In this document: piece after piece, positions 1 to 11,100 of the stretch
Layout of the letters: every line of letters begins with the position of its first letter
Position numbering within the stretch: position 1 is the first letter of the stretch
Assembly: GCA_963836235.1 (NCBI GenBank)
Contig: CAWIIP010000002.1
Span: forward strand, 96,001 to 160,000
DNA: 64,000 nucleotides
Direction: 5' to 3'
Origin: an uncultured Pseudomonadota bacterium
Lineage (GTDB): Bacteria > Oederibacteriota > Muellerivitia > Muellerivitales > Muellerivitaceae
Made by a program: the position numbers and the translations under genes
The notes under the pieces: model-generated
What the model was told of the DNA's origin: nothing
The model's input: only the letters and a program-made list of their open reading frames with translations
Database searches by the model: none

Positions 1-2646
1 CAAATTCTGCCGAGCTATCATGAAACCATTAGCATCCCATAATTCAACAACCGCGACATAAACTCCACTTGCCACCGTTCCGTTTGGCAAAAAGGCCTGA
101 CTTGTTCCCGGGAGCCCCATAAAAACGGCTACCTTTTCGCCCGCCAAATCATAAAGGCGCACTTTCAAGGTTAGAGGCTGGGTAGTAGAAGCTCTAAAGG
201 TTAAAGGTGGACCCCCACTTTGCCAGGGGTTGGGGTAGGCCACAACACCATTACCGGACCCGCTACTGTTGACCACCGTCAAATCCTTTGTGATTACCTC
301 TTCTCCACCGGTTCCATTCTCTGAAAAAATCTCCAGATAATAGACGCCATTGGTAGCCAAGGTTCCACCGCTACAACTACCGTCCCAGGCCAACGTCACT
401 CCGTTGCTCATCCCGATGGTCACGGGGTTTGAGGTTGTTAAACTGGTTTGCAGGACCAAAGAGGATAACTGGACCGCCGTGACAGGTCCCGCCGCTCCAT
501 CCACTTTATAAAGAATCCGCACCACTTCCCCCGCCGCATTACAAATCACCACCGATACCGCCCCCAGTGGCCGGCTAACCGTAACCTCCTGGACAACGCT
601 TTGGTCCGATCCCAGACTATTCACACTGTCCACTTTCAGATAATAGATTCCGTTAGATACCGGATAGCCGGAAATATTGGTTCCATTCCAGGCCGAAAGC
701 AGGTTCCCGTTCCAAAGTATGGAAACCGCGTCGTTAGGTCCCGTCAAGCTCGTGATGGCATTTCCCGAACCCAGAGTGATGGAGGTTACTGGCTGAGGAG
801 CCTTTTCCACCAGCAGCTTTTCTACTAGCTCCCCTGCGGAGTTATAAACCGCAACAGTCACCGTATAAGGCTCAGGCAACGGGGTGGGGGTGGATGTTCC
901 CGTAGGGGTGAAAGTGTCCGTTATTGTGGGCGTAAAGGTAATGGTGTAGGTATTAGTTAACGTTGGTGTTGAAGTAAGCGTTCCGGTAGGAGTGGTGGTA
1001 AAGCTGGCAGTAGGTGTCGGCGTAAAGGTGTATGTGTTTGTCGGGGTGGAAGTTTCGGTCAGCGTTGGGGTGTCCGTCACCGTAAAGGTCAAAGTCGGAG
1101 TAAACGTAGGCGTTACGGTAGGGGTAAAAGTCACTGTAAAAGTATCCGTTATGGTCGGAGTTGGAGTCGACGTACCGGTCATGGTGGAAGTCGCGGTGGA
1201 GGTTGCGGTGGAACTGGGGGTAAAAGAATCCGTGGGTGTCGCTGAATTTGTCGATGTCCCCGTTGGGATATAGGTCGCCGTTAAAGTCGGAGTAGGACTC
1301 TCGGTTGGACTCGCCGTGGGAGTAAAACTATCCGTAACCGTGGGCGTCCAGGTTGTGGTCGGACTCGGGGTCAAGGTCGCGGTGGAAGTGGACGTAAAAC
1401 CGGGCGTAAAAGAAGGGGTTGAAGTAGCGGTATAAGTGGGAGTCCCCGTAAGTGTCGACGTGAAAAAAGGAGTAGAAGTGGCGCTGTTGGTGGGAGTGAA
1501 GGAGAACGTCAGGGTGGGGCTATTCGTCGCGGTAAAAGAAGATGTCGGCGTTGGAGTAATGGTGGATGTCGGAGTCTGGGTCGCGGTATTCGTCGGGGTA
1601 GGTGTATTGCAAATCGAGTTGCAGGAAGCCGCCAAAAGGTTCACCCAATAAAAATCCTTGTCAGCGCTGTTGACGGGGCTTCCCAAGGCCCAGGTGATCT
1701 TTCCAGAGGGGTCCGAAAGGGGCACGTTGGCGTAGCTGTCGAGAAAGGTGTCGTAGCTCACTGAAGAGTCCTGGAAGATGGTTCCACCCCCCAGGGCCAT
1801 GTTGGGCGGCTGGGCCGGTCCCGGGTTGTCCGTACCGAAAAAATCGTCCGAGAAGCTGACCGGTACGTTGGGCGCACTCACACCTCCCCACCGTGAAAAC
1901 TGGTTGGCCCCACAGGCCTGGCTGTGCTGACAACTCCAATCCAAGGTCGAATACCAGGGGGTGACCCCGTAATCCAGCTTAGAGTTGCCGCCCACTGTGG
2001 ATCCGCCCCAAACGAAAAGCCCGTCTCCTAGGACCACCGCCCCGCAGGCGGTCGGGGCTGGAACCGTGTAGACGATCACCAGCCCGGCCAGCACCCCGAC
2101 CGATAGGGCGCTCGTGCCATAGGTGGAGACGCCAGGCGACACCAGACTAGTCACGTCATAGCGCACATCGCAAAAAAAGGCGGAATCTCCGGTTGTTATT
2201 AGGTCGGTTCCCAGTCGTGGGTCGTTCCAGAGGTTCTCGAAATTGCCCTGGCCCACTTCCAATCCCGAGGGTGTTAGACCGCCCCCGAAAGACACCGGGG
2301 AGTTGCTGCAGGCATAGCCGTTCCACCATTCCACCACCTCCAGGTAAGCCGCCTGGATGGTGGCACTGGACGGAGGAGGGGTGGCCAGAGTGATTGTGGT
2401 CACCCCGGCGGTATTGACCCCCGCCGCATAAAGCACCGATACGCCCGAAGCTGAATAAAGGTAAAACTGGTTGATGGCCATCGTGTTAAGAGAAACACTG
2501 GAAGAGGTACAATTGTCCAGGTTACCCGTTTGGGTATAGGGCGCTCCGGAAGCGCCATATTGAGCCCTAGCCTGGGTTGATCCAAGGAGAAAAACCCCTG
2601 GAAAAAGCACTAGGAAGGATAAAAAAAACGGCTTAAATTGTAGCAT
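1..2646 (-). CDS. Secreted surface protein (runs off the window edge): N-terminal globular domain, ~245-aa Thr/Pro linker, three tandem FlgD-Ig/T9SS-CTD-like segments
   Basis: Not in the ORF track because there is no stop in the window. Hand translation from ATG 2646 gives [28 protein letters not shown]|QYG (signal peptide), then RYDVTSLV...GLVIVY (DUF3344-like, tentative), a TPT-rich tract at ~880-1610, and VYNSAGELV...NGIYYLKV / CNAAGEVV...NGVYYLEI / YPNP...YDLAGEKV...SGVYVAVV. Confidence 0.85.
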   Translation of the reverse strand, partial: MLQFKPFFLSFLVLFPGVFLLGSTQARAQYGASGAPYTQTGNLDNCTSSSVSLNTMAINQFYLYSASGVSVLYAAGVNTAGVTTITLATPPPSSATIQAAYLEVVEWWNGYACSNSPVSFGGGLTPSGLEVGQGNFENLWNDPRLGTDLITTGDSAFFCDVRYDVTSLVSPGVSTYGTSALSVGVLAGLVIVYTVPAPTACGAVVLGDGLFVWGGSTVGGNSKLDYGVTPWYSTLDWSCQHSQACGANQFSRWGGVSAPNVPVSFSDDFFGTDNPGPAQPPNMALGGGTIFQDSSVSYDTFLDSYANVPLSDPSGKITWALGSPVNSADKDFYWVNLLAASCNSICNTPTPTNTATQTPTSTITPTPTSSFTATNSPTLTFSFTPTNSATSTPFFTSTLTGTPTYTATSTPSFTPGFTSTSTATLTPSPTTTWTPTVTDSFTPTASPTESPTPTLTATYIPTGTSTNSATPTDSFTPSSTATSTATSTMTGTSTPTPTITDTFTVTFTPTVTPTFTPTLTFTVTDTPTLTETSTPTNTYTFTPTPTASFTTTPTGTLTSTPTLTNTYTITFTPTITDTFTPTGTSTPTPLPEPYTVTVAVYNSAGELVEKLLVEKAPQPVTSITLGSGNAITSLTGPNDAVSILWNGNLLSAWNGTNISGYPVSNGIYYLKVDSVNSLGSDQSVVQEVTVSRPLGAVSVVICNAAGEVVRILYKVDGAAGPVTAVQLSSLVLQTSLTTSNPVTIGMSNGVTLAWDGSCSGGTLATNGVYYLEIFSENGTGGEEVITKDLTVVNSSGSGNGVVAYPNPWQSGGPPLTFRASTTQPLTLKVRLYDLAGEKVAVFMGLPGTSQAFLPNGTVASGVYVAVVELWDANGFMIARQNL

Positions 2647-2840
2647 CAAGGGGATATCCAAAAGTCCGGCATGGGCCTTCCTTCATATTCCCCATCTCTA
2701 ACGGCTAATTTCTTTACCCACTGAAGTTTTATTCCGCAAACAACTTACCCGATTCAAAGCTTAAAAAAGGCTAAAACAAAGACTTTTTTTAGTTCTACCT
2801 TTCGCACCCCAGCCAAGGACCCCGGGGTCAAAACAGCCTC

Positions 2841-4619
2841 CTACTTCAAAACTACCGGCAGTTGAAGCCCCGCTTTTACCAATTGAGCCGGAACCGTCAT
2901 GGACTTGGAACCGTTGGTTACCGTCACCTCATAATCCCCTAGGAAACCCCGCACCTGGTAGACCCCCTTCGCATCTGTTGTTCCATCTGCGTTGGTCCAC
3001 CAATCGCGTTGAACGAGTTGTTCATAGGCCGCTCCCGAAGGCTTCTCGGTCCAATCCTGATTAAAGATCGGAGCCTTGTTGTGCCAATGGGCCCCATCCC
3101 AGAAACCCCACATCAAGAAGGCGTTGGTGGAGGGATGGCTGAAAACGGCGGTCATGAAATCCTTCAAAAACTGAGCATCAAGTTCCTGGTCCTTAATGTC
3201 CGTGTCGTATTCAGTAATTTCCACGGGCAACCCGTGGGCCCCCAGCTTATCTAAAGTTTGGAGCAATGCCGGGATAGACCAGGGAGATGAACCAACATGA
3301 CCCTGCAATCCAATACCGCCTAAGGGCGCACCCTTTTGGATGAGGTATTGGATGGTATCGTCGTACGCGTCAAGGTGTCCCGTGGTATCGGGACTAGGAT
3401 AATCATTAACGAAGAGGAGCGGTTTAGGGTCCGCCTGCTGCGCCGTCTTGTACCAGGTAATCATGGCCTGCTTTCCCAGGATATCGGTCAGTTGGTGCTC
3501 TGGGACCGGTTCGTTTACCACATCCCACTCCACCAATTGTCCCTTCATAGTCCCGCCCACATCCTTGATCCGACTTTCGATTTTGGCTTCTAACGCCTTG
3601 GGGTCTCCTTCCAGTTGCTTGACCTCGGGTGGGAGATACCGCCATGTTCCCCAAACCATATTATGGCCACGCACGTCAAAACCCCTCTCGGACAGCCACT
3701 TCATCGCTCCCTGCACATATTCTCGGCGCCAATAGCCAGTATTGGAGGCTCCGTCCTCCCAAGGGCCCCATTTCAGGTCGTTCTCGAAGACCACGCGATT
3801 GAAAAGCCTTGCGACTTCCTTTTGGTAACGATCATTGTCGCCACCCTCGGTCGCCAAATTCTTCGCAACCACGGCCGTACCAAACCCGAAGGCATGGCGT
3901 TTCATTCGAACCGTTACTTTCGCGCCCAACAAGGGATTTCCATCAGAGTCTTTCACTAGGACGGTCAAATCGCCCTTGCGCATCTTCTCGATGCGATCCT
4001 GAGCTTCCTTGCGCCAGGGCGCGTCTGTATCTTCGCCGTCATAAGTCAGCTTAGTCTGAGGCAAGTCCGTGACTTTCACGTTAGTTCCATAGGTTGTCAG
4101 TTTGAAATCGGCAATCTCAAAGGCCTGAGGGTGATAGCCCATGCGGAAATAAATATGGGATTTCCCCGCGTCCAAATCCTCCACAATCGTGAACGGGATT
4201 GAAAATTTACGCCAATGGGGTCCCGCAGAGAGGTTGTAACTGACGGCTTTCGTCCAGGGATCACCCAAACGCTCAAATCCGAACTCACTGCTGGCCTCGC
4301 CGCTTTCCACGTTGGTCTCGGCGGCCCTCATCCAAAATTCGGCTAGGACCACATCGCCAGCCTTCACCGCTTGCGAAACGGGGGCTTCCACTTGCACATC
4401 CCAGGGATTGGCAGTGCTTTCAAAAGTAGTAAGCCTGAGGGCTTCCTTGAAGGCCTGTCCCACCACGGGAACCTTTTCCATTTTCCCCTTGCTCCCGTCA
4501 AATTGAATAAGATCGATGGCGGGGGGAGGAATCAAGTCATGGCCACCTGAAGGCACCGCCTGGGCGAATAAAGAAGCAGGAAATAACAAGGCGAAACAAG
4601 TCACGAGGGTTTTAAACAT
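2841..4619 (-). CDS. Endo-1,4-beta-xylanase, GH10, with an N-terminal CBM-like domain
   Basis: GH10 motifs FENDLKW, RGHNMVW, WDVVNEP (acid/base), GLQGH and ITEYD (nucleophile). Start moved to ATG 4619, which follows GAAAGGA and opens the signal peptide MFKTLVTCFALLFPASLFA. Confidence 0.92.
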   Translation of the reverse strand: MFKTLVTCFALLFPASLFAQAVPSGGHDLIPPPAIDLIQFDGSKGKMEKVPVVGQAFKEALRLTTFESTANPWDVQVEAPVSQAVKAGDVVLAEFWMRAAETNVESGEASSEFGFERLGDPWTKAVSYNLSAGPHWRKFSIPFTIVEDLDAGKSHIYFRMGYHPQAFEIADFKLTTYGTNVKVTDLPQTKLTYDGEDTDAPWRKEAQDRIEKMRKGDLTVLVKDSDGNPLLGAKVTVRMKRHAFGFGTAVVAKNLATEGGDNDRYQKEVARLFNRVVFENDLKWGPWEDGASNTGYWRREYVQGAMKWLSERGFDVRGHNMVWGTWRYLPPEVKQLEGDPKALEAKIESRIKDVGGTMKGQLVEWDVVNEPVPEHQLTDILGKQAMITWYKTAQQADPKPLLFVNDYPSPDTTGHLDAYDDTIQYLIQKGAPLGGIGLQGHVGSSPWSIPALLQTLDKLGAHGLPVEITEYDTDIKDQELDAQFLKDFMTAVFSHPSTNAFLMWGFWDGAHWHNKAPIFNQDWTEKPSGAAYEQLVQRDWWTNADGTTDAKGVYQVRGFLGDYEVTVTNGSKSMTVPAQLVKAGLQLPVVLK

Positions 4620-4858
4620 AAAAGTGGGGTTCCTTTCAAATTGATGCTTACAGTTTAAACGGTGATCAACCATCATGAAAGGCAGGTTAGCATCTTAAAT
4701 ATCAATCCGTTTCTAAAAAGCGGCTCTCCCGAGACAAAACTCCTCAGAAAACATATCCCGAGCTTTTAATTTCCTACCTCGTCTTTTTAAATAATGCAAC
4801 CGGATTCGTCATCAAAATAATTCCAGGCAAAGATATAAAAATCTAACGGTACAGCCCG

Positions 4859-4867
4859 TGGTAGGAT
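4859..4867 (+). promoter_or_regulatory. Putative extended -10 element (TGgTAGGAT) for the Lys-rich micro-gene
   Basis: TGn+TAGGAT lies about 20 nt upstream of the AAGGAGG ribosome-binding site. No good -35 is visible. Confidence 0.4.
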
Positions 4868-4898
4868 AAAGCTACGTCAAGCGATGAAGGAGGTTCTC

Positions 4899-4940
4899 AT
4901 GGCTACAAAGAAGAAAGCCGCCAAGAAAAAAAAGAAGTAA
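4899..4940 (+). CDS. 13-aa Lys-rich micro-protein MATKKKAAKKKKK
   Basis: Perfect Shine-Dalgarno AAGGAGG (4887-4893) ends 5 nt before the ATG. The TAA stop is followed directly by a terminator hairpin. Confidence 0.7.
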   Translation: MATKKKAAKKKKK

Positions 4941-4945
4941 CCCAC

Positions 4946-4966
4946 AAGCGCGCAAGCGCTTTTTTT
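4946..4966 (+). terminator. Intrinsic terminator after the micro-gene
   Basis: Stem AAGCGC / GCAA tetraloop / GCGCTT, followed by a T run. Confidence 0.7.
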
Positions 4967-4980
4967 GTGGTCGTTGAACC

Positions 4981-5012
4981 AAAGCCCGTGCGACTGCCCG
5001 GGCTTTTCTTTT
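4981..5012. terminator. Second hairpin, possibly a bidirectional terminator between convergent genes
   Basis: AAAGCCCG...CGGGCTTT followed by TCTTTT. Confidence 0.55.
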
Positions 5013-5114
5013 GAGCCTCTTGTCTTAGACCTATCCCCAAAATGAATTGAAATTTAAACTCGTCTTAGCCTTCTAAAAAATTATTTTCAAAAAACCGATG
5101 GAAAATGTGATCTC

Positions 5115-8100
5115 TTAAGGAACTTCCAAGCCGAGGGTTCCCAGCGGTTCCGTGTCGTAGATATGAAGCTGAGTCGAATCGTAGAGCTGGGCTTGGAACA
5201 CCTGGCCCGATACCGCTTGACCCACGCTCAAGCCGAATTGGGAAGCCGAAAGGGTGTAGTTGAAGTAGTTATATGCTCCTGCCGCCAATGTAACCGGGCC
5301 CAGGAACACGGAAGTCCCGTTCGTCGTATCCACCACTTTCAAATAACTGGTCACGGCAGTGGTGCCTGGCACATGCAGGTAGGCTTCAAAGTTGAAAGTC
5401 TCGCAGTTCCCGTCTTCCCCATTGGTTAGGCAACTTAAAGAATAATTGTAATAGAAGTATTCTACCGGCGATTCCATCACGAACGGGGTGCCGCTGGGCA
5501 CGGAGGTATCCAAAATTTGGTTCTGAGCCTGGTTGTAGAGCGTCACCTTCAAGGGAGCAGTAATCGCCGTGGTGACCCCAAAATCCCCTCCCGAGAGAGT
5601 AACGGAATAGCTGGTCCCGCTCCCGTTGTAAGTCCAAGGGCCAACCCACCGGCCCGTGTTATTCACTGTATCTGTTACGGCGGCATAGCTGGTTTCCGGA
5701 ATCCCCGCGGGCCCGTTGGCATTGATCGTTAGGAGGAAGTTCTGGCAGGCCCCGTTGCCGCTGTCTGACACCAGGCAGGATACCCCGCTGGAAGCGATAT
5801 AAGACGAGGGAAATTCCAGGTTCAGGTTTCCCAAGGGCTTTGTATCCACAACCGCGTCGGTACCCGCGTCAACCAACTGTGCCAGGAACACTTGGCCCGC
5901 CGCCTTTTGGCCCACTGCCGTCACACCGAACTGCTCCGGCGAAAGATTCCATGTATTGGCTACGTAATAGCCCCCGTTGTCAGTAACCGGGCCCAGGAAC
6001 ACCGTGGTTCCGTTGGAAAGGTTTGTCAGTTCAATCAAGCTCGTCACCGGACCCGATCCACTCGGCGCAAACAGCTCAGTGTCAAAGTTGAAATTGACGC
6101 AACTCTCATCCTCCGCCGTTGTGGCGCAGCTTAAATAGTTATATTCGTTGTAATATTCATAAAAGGATTCTTCGGGAGCCTCCAGCATGAAGGGCGATCC
6201 ACCGGGCGTGGCTGTATCCAATATTTTGGTTTCAGATTCGTCGTACAGCGTCACCTTAAGGGAAGTGGTGGTGGCCGTGGTAACTCCGAAATCCCCTCCC
6301 GTCAAAGTGACTGAATAGCTGGTCCCACTACCCGTGTAAGTCCATGGACCGACCCAGACATACTCGTTATTCGTCGTATCCGTGACGGCGGCGTAACTGG
6401 TTTCCGGAACCCCTGTAGACCCATCGGCATTGATGGTCAAGACGAAGCTCTGGCAGGCCCCGTTGTTAATGTCCGAAACCAGGCAGGAAACCGAGCTGGA
6501 GGCGATGGAAATTCCCGGATATTCCAGGTTAAGACTCCCCAAGGCCCTTGCGTCCAATACCGCGCTGCTGGCGGCATCTATCAACTGCGCCTCGAATACC
6601 TGGCTTACCGCCTGCTGGCCCACCATCGTCACTCCAAACTGTTGCGGCGAAAAATTCCAGGTATTGGCGACGTAATAGCCCCCGTTGTCAGTAACCGGGC
6701 CCAGGAACACCGTAGTCCCGTTGGAAAGGTTCGTCAGTTCAATCAGGCTCGTCACCGGGCCCGATCCGCTCGGCGCAAACAGCTCAGTATAAAAGTTGAA
6801 ATTAGAACAGTTCCCCTCTTCCGTGGTGGTGGCGCAACTCAAATAGTTATAAGAGTCATAACTGTAATAATAGAAATATTCCTCAGGCGACTCCAGCTGG
6901 AAGGGTGTCCCAAGTACCGAGGTATCCAGAATTTTAGTCTGCGTGGGGTCGTACAGGTCCACCTTCAGTGAAGTAGTGGTGGCCGTTGTGACCCCGAAAT
7001 CCCCTCCCGTTAGGGTGACTGAATAGCTGGTCCCACTCCCCGTGTAGTTCCAGGGCCCAACCCACACATATTGGTTGTTCGTCGCATCCGTCACCTTGGC
7101 GTAGCTGGTACCCAGATTCCCGGTCGGCGCGTCGGCGTCAATGGACAAGACGAAACTCTGGCAGGCCCCGTTGTTAATGTCCGAAACCAAGCAGGAAACC
7201 GAGCTGGAGGCGATATAAGACGAGGGATATTCAAAATTCATGCTTCCCAAAGCCTTCGCGTCCAAAACCGCCTGGCTTCCGTTGTCGATCAACTGCGCTT
7301 CGAACATCTGGCTCACCGCTTGCTGCCCTACTGTCGTCACCCCAAACTGTTCCGCCGAGAAGTTCCAAGTATTCGACGCATACCCCTCAGTAATTGTAAT
7401 CGGGCCAAGGAACATCGTGGTGCCATTGGAAAGATCTATCAATTGGACCATGCTCGTTACCGGGCTGGCACCGGGCGCGTACAACTCGGTATCAAAGTTG
7501 AAATTCGAGCAGTTTCCGTCTTCCGCCGTGGTCGCACAACTTAAGTTGTTATAGTCGCTGTAATATTCGTAAAAATATTCTTCCGGAGCCTCTAGAGAAA
7601 CAGGCAACCCAGTTGGAACGGTGTTCCCTAAGGCCACGTTTTGTGCCGCATTGTAAAGAGTCACCGCCAAGGAAGCCGCGGTCGCCGTGGAAATCCCAAA
7701 ATCCCCTGCCGTCAGGGTGACCGAATAACTGATCCCCGTTCCTGTGTAAGTCCAAGGGCCCACCCACAGGCTATTGTTATTCGTGGTATTGGTGACATAG
7801 GCGTAACTTTCCGCCGGACCACCGCTGGAGTTGGCATCGATCGTCAGGACAAAGCTCTGACAGGCTCCGTTGCCGCTGTCGGACAAAAGGCAAGCCGCTG
7901 ACGCGCCCGCCAGGCTGGCGGCGGTGCTGCTGTTTTCGATATTAAGAACCCCCGTCGTCTTCGTGTCCCAAACCTGGGTCTGGGTCGAATCGTAGAGCTG
8001 GGCTTGGAACACCTGGCTGATGGCCGATTGGCCCGAAGGCAAGCCGAAATTGGCCCCGGTGAGGGGAACCGAGTAATACAAATTCTGGTTTCCGATGTTG

Positions 8101-11100
8101 GTCACGGGCCCCAACATCGTGGAGGCCCCGGTCGTCAAGTCGACAAGCTTCACATAGCTGGTCACGGGAGTAGATCCTGGAACATCCAGGTAGGCGTTAT
8201 AGTTGAAGGTCACACAGTTCCCATCCTCCGCCACTGTGACACAGGAGAAATAGCTCTCGTAAAGGTATTCCTGGGATGTTTCCAGAGTCATAGGTGACCC
8301 ACTAGGCACCGCGGTATCCTGCAGATTGCCGGATGGGCTATAAAGCGAAACCTTCAGGGGAGGGGCGGTTGGGGTGGTTACCCCGAAATTCCCTCCAGAC
8401 AAAGTGATCGAATAGCTGTTGGCATCGGTACCCGAATAGGTCCAGGGACCCACCGATACATATTGGTTATTCGCCAAGTCCGTAAGAGTGGCATAGCTGG
8501 TTTCCGGGATTCCTGTCGGCCCGTTGGCGTCGATGGTCAAGATGAAGCTCTGGCAGGCCCCGTTATTGACGTCCGTCTGCAAGCAGGATAGCGAACTGGA
8601 GGCAATATAAGCCGAGGGATATTCCAGGTTTAAGCTCCCCAGATACTGCGAGTCCAAAACCGCCAGGCTGCCGTTGTCGATCAACTGTACTTCGAACATC
8701 TGGCTTACGGCCTTTTGTCCCACCAAGGACACGCCGAACTGACCCGGCGAAAGATTCCAGGTATTGGCCAGGTACCCACTTCCAGGAATCACAATCGGGC
8801 CCAAGAACATTGAGACACCGTTCGAAAGGTTTGTCATTTCAATCAGGCTCGTTACCGGGCCGGTTCCCGGGACGTACAATTCGGAATAGAAGTTGAAATT
8901 CGCGCAATTCCCGTCTTCCGCCGTGGTGGCACAGCTTAAGTAGTTATACTCGCCATAATACTCGTAGAAATATTCCTCCGGCGCCTCGATCGTCATGGGT
9001 GATCCAATGGGAATCGAAGTATCCAATATTTGGGTCTTGGATTCATTGTATAACTCCACTTGCAACGAAGCGGTCGCCGCCGTAGTGACCCCAAAGTCTC
9101 CGCCCGTTAAAGTGACCGTATAACTTGTGCCGCTCCCCGAGTAGGTCCAAGGCCCCACCCACAGGTACTGGCCGTTCGTCGTATCGGTTACGGCGGCATA
9201 GCTGGTTTCCGAAACCCCGGCGGGCCCATTGGCGTCTATCGTCAAAACAAAGCTCTGGCAGGCTCCATTATTGACGTCCGATACCAGGCAGGACACTGAG
9301 CTGGAGGCGATAGCCGTCGAGGGATATTCCAGGTTCAGGCTTCCCAATGGCTTCCTATCCAAAACAGCGTCCGTCCCGGCATCGATCAACTGCGCCTCGA
9401 ACAGCTGGCTAGCCGCCTGCTGGCCTACTATCGTCACCCCAAACTCCAGCGGCGAAAGATTCCAGGTATTTTGCGCGTAATCGTAGTATCCCCCGGAGAC
9501 CGTAACGGGACCCAGGAAAACTGAAACACCGTTGGAAAGGTTCGTCAATTCGATCAAACTCGTCACCGCACCCGAAATGGGCGCGTAAAGGTAAGTTTGG
9601 AAGCTGAAATTCGAGCAGTATCCGTCCTCCGACGTAGTCGCGCAGCTTAAGTAGTTATACGAATTGTAGTCATATTCGTAGAAATATTCTTCGGGCGATT
9701 CCAGCGTCAAGGGTGATCCGGCGGGAATAGATGTATCCAGTATTTGGCTCTCGGACTCGTTGTAAAGTTCCACCTTCAACGAGGCAGCGGTTGCCGTGGT
9801 AACTCCAAAATCCCCTCCCGCCAGTGTGACCGAATAACTGGTCCCGCTCCCCGTATAGGTCCAGGGACCTACCCACACATATTGGCCGTTCGTGGTATCT
9901 GTTACGGCGGCGTAGCTGGTTTCCGGAATCCCTGTGGGTCCATTGGCGTCAATCGTCAAGACGAAATTCTCGCAAGCTCCATTGTTAATATCCGACACCA
10001 GGCAGGACACGGAGCTGGAGGCGATGGCCGTCGAGGGATATTCCAGGTTCAGGCTTCCCAAAGCCTTCGCGTCCAAAATCACATCCGTTGCGGCGTCGAT
10101 CAATTGCGCCGTGAAGACCTGGCTCAACGCCTGCTGGCCCACGGTTGTCACCCCGAATTGTTGCGGCGAGAGGTTCCAGATATTTCCGGCATAATATCCC
10201 CCGGTATCCGTAACGGGGCCCAGGAACACCGAAACACCGTTGGAAAGGTCCGTGAGCTTGACCAAAGTCGTAACCGGGGTTGAGCCTGGTGCGAATAGTT
10301 CAGTATTAAAATTAAAATTCTCGCAGTACCCGTCCTCCGCCGTGGTCGCGCAGCTCAAGTAGTTATAAGAACTGTAGTAGTTGTAGAAATATTCTTCGGG
10401 CTCCTCCAACGTCAAAGGCGATCCGGAGGGAATGGCATACCCCAAAACTTGACTTTCGGTCGTGTTATAGAGGGTCACTGCCAAGGAAGTGGCAATCGCC
10501 GTGGTGACTCCGAAATCCCCGCCCGTCAGGGTGACTGAATAACTAGTACCGCTCCCCGTGTAAGTCCAAGGTCCTACCCACACATATTGGCCGTTCGTTA
10601 AATCCGCGACGTAAGCGTAACTTTCTGCCGGGTTTCCATTTGAATTGGCATCGATGGTGAGTACAAAGCTTTGGCAAGCCCCGTTATTGGTATCCGAAAG
10701 CAGGCAAGACAGTGAACTTGAAACGGTGTAGCCAGGAACGAAAGTAGGAGAAGGCGTAAAGGTGTTAGTGGGAGGAATAGTGGTATTGGTGGTAGCGGTG
10801 TTACTCGGCGTGGGGGTAATCGTCGGTGTATCCGTGATGGTCGGAGAATTGGTGAAAGTAGGTGAATTTGTAGGTGTAAAGGTGTTCGTGGGAACATTGG
10901 TCGGTGTTGGTGGGGGGGCGGGGCAGGATCCGTTGATGTCAGCGGTGGTGGGATCATAGGCGTAATAGGGCAAGGTAGTATTTACCCGGAAAAAGAACTT
11001 GGGACCGGTAGGACCCGGCGGGTAAAGACCGAAAGGTTGATTGGGGTTGACTACTTGTATCCACGCATGGCCGTTTGCCCCTGCCGGTCCCAGGCTAACA

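Noticed and set aside
992-1651. Val/Gly-rich plus-strand ORFs (also near 10762, 15162, 17031, 21116, 23393 and 38125)
   Set aside because: They are antisense shadows of Thr/Pro linker codons in real minus-strand genes.
2728-2735. Third GGAATAAA upstream of the 1-2646 gene
   Set aside because: The downstream TCCnnCACT half is missing, so it was not called an ECF promoter.
4899-4966. Lysine attenuator leader peptide
   Set aside because: There is no downstream plus-strand gene to regulate; the next gene is convergent.
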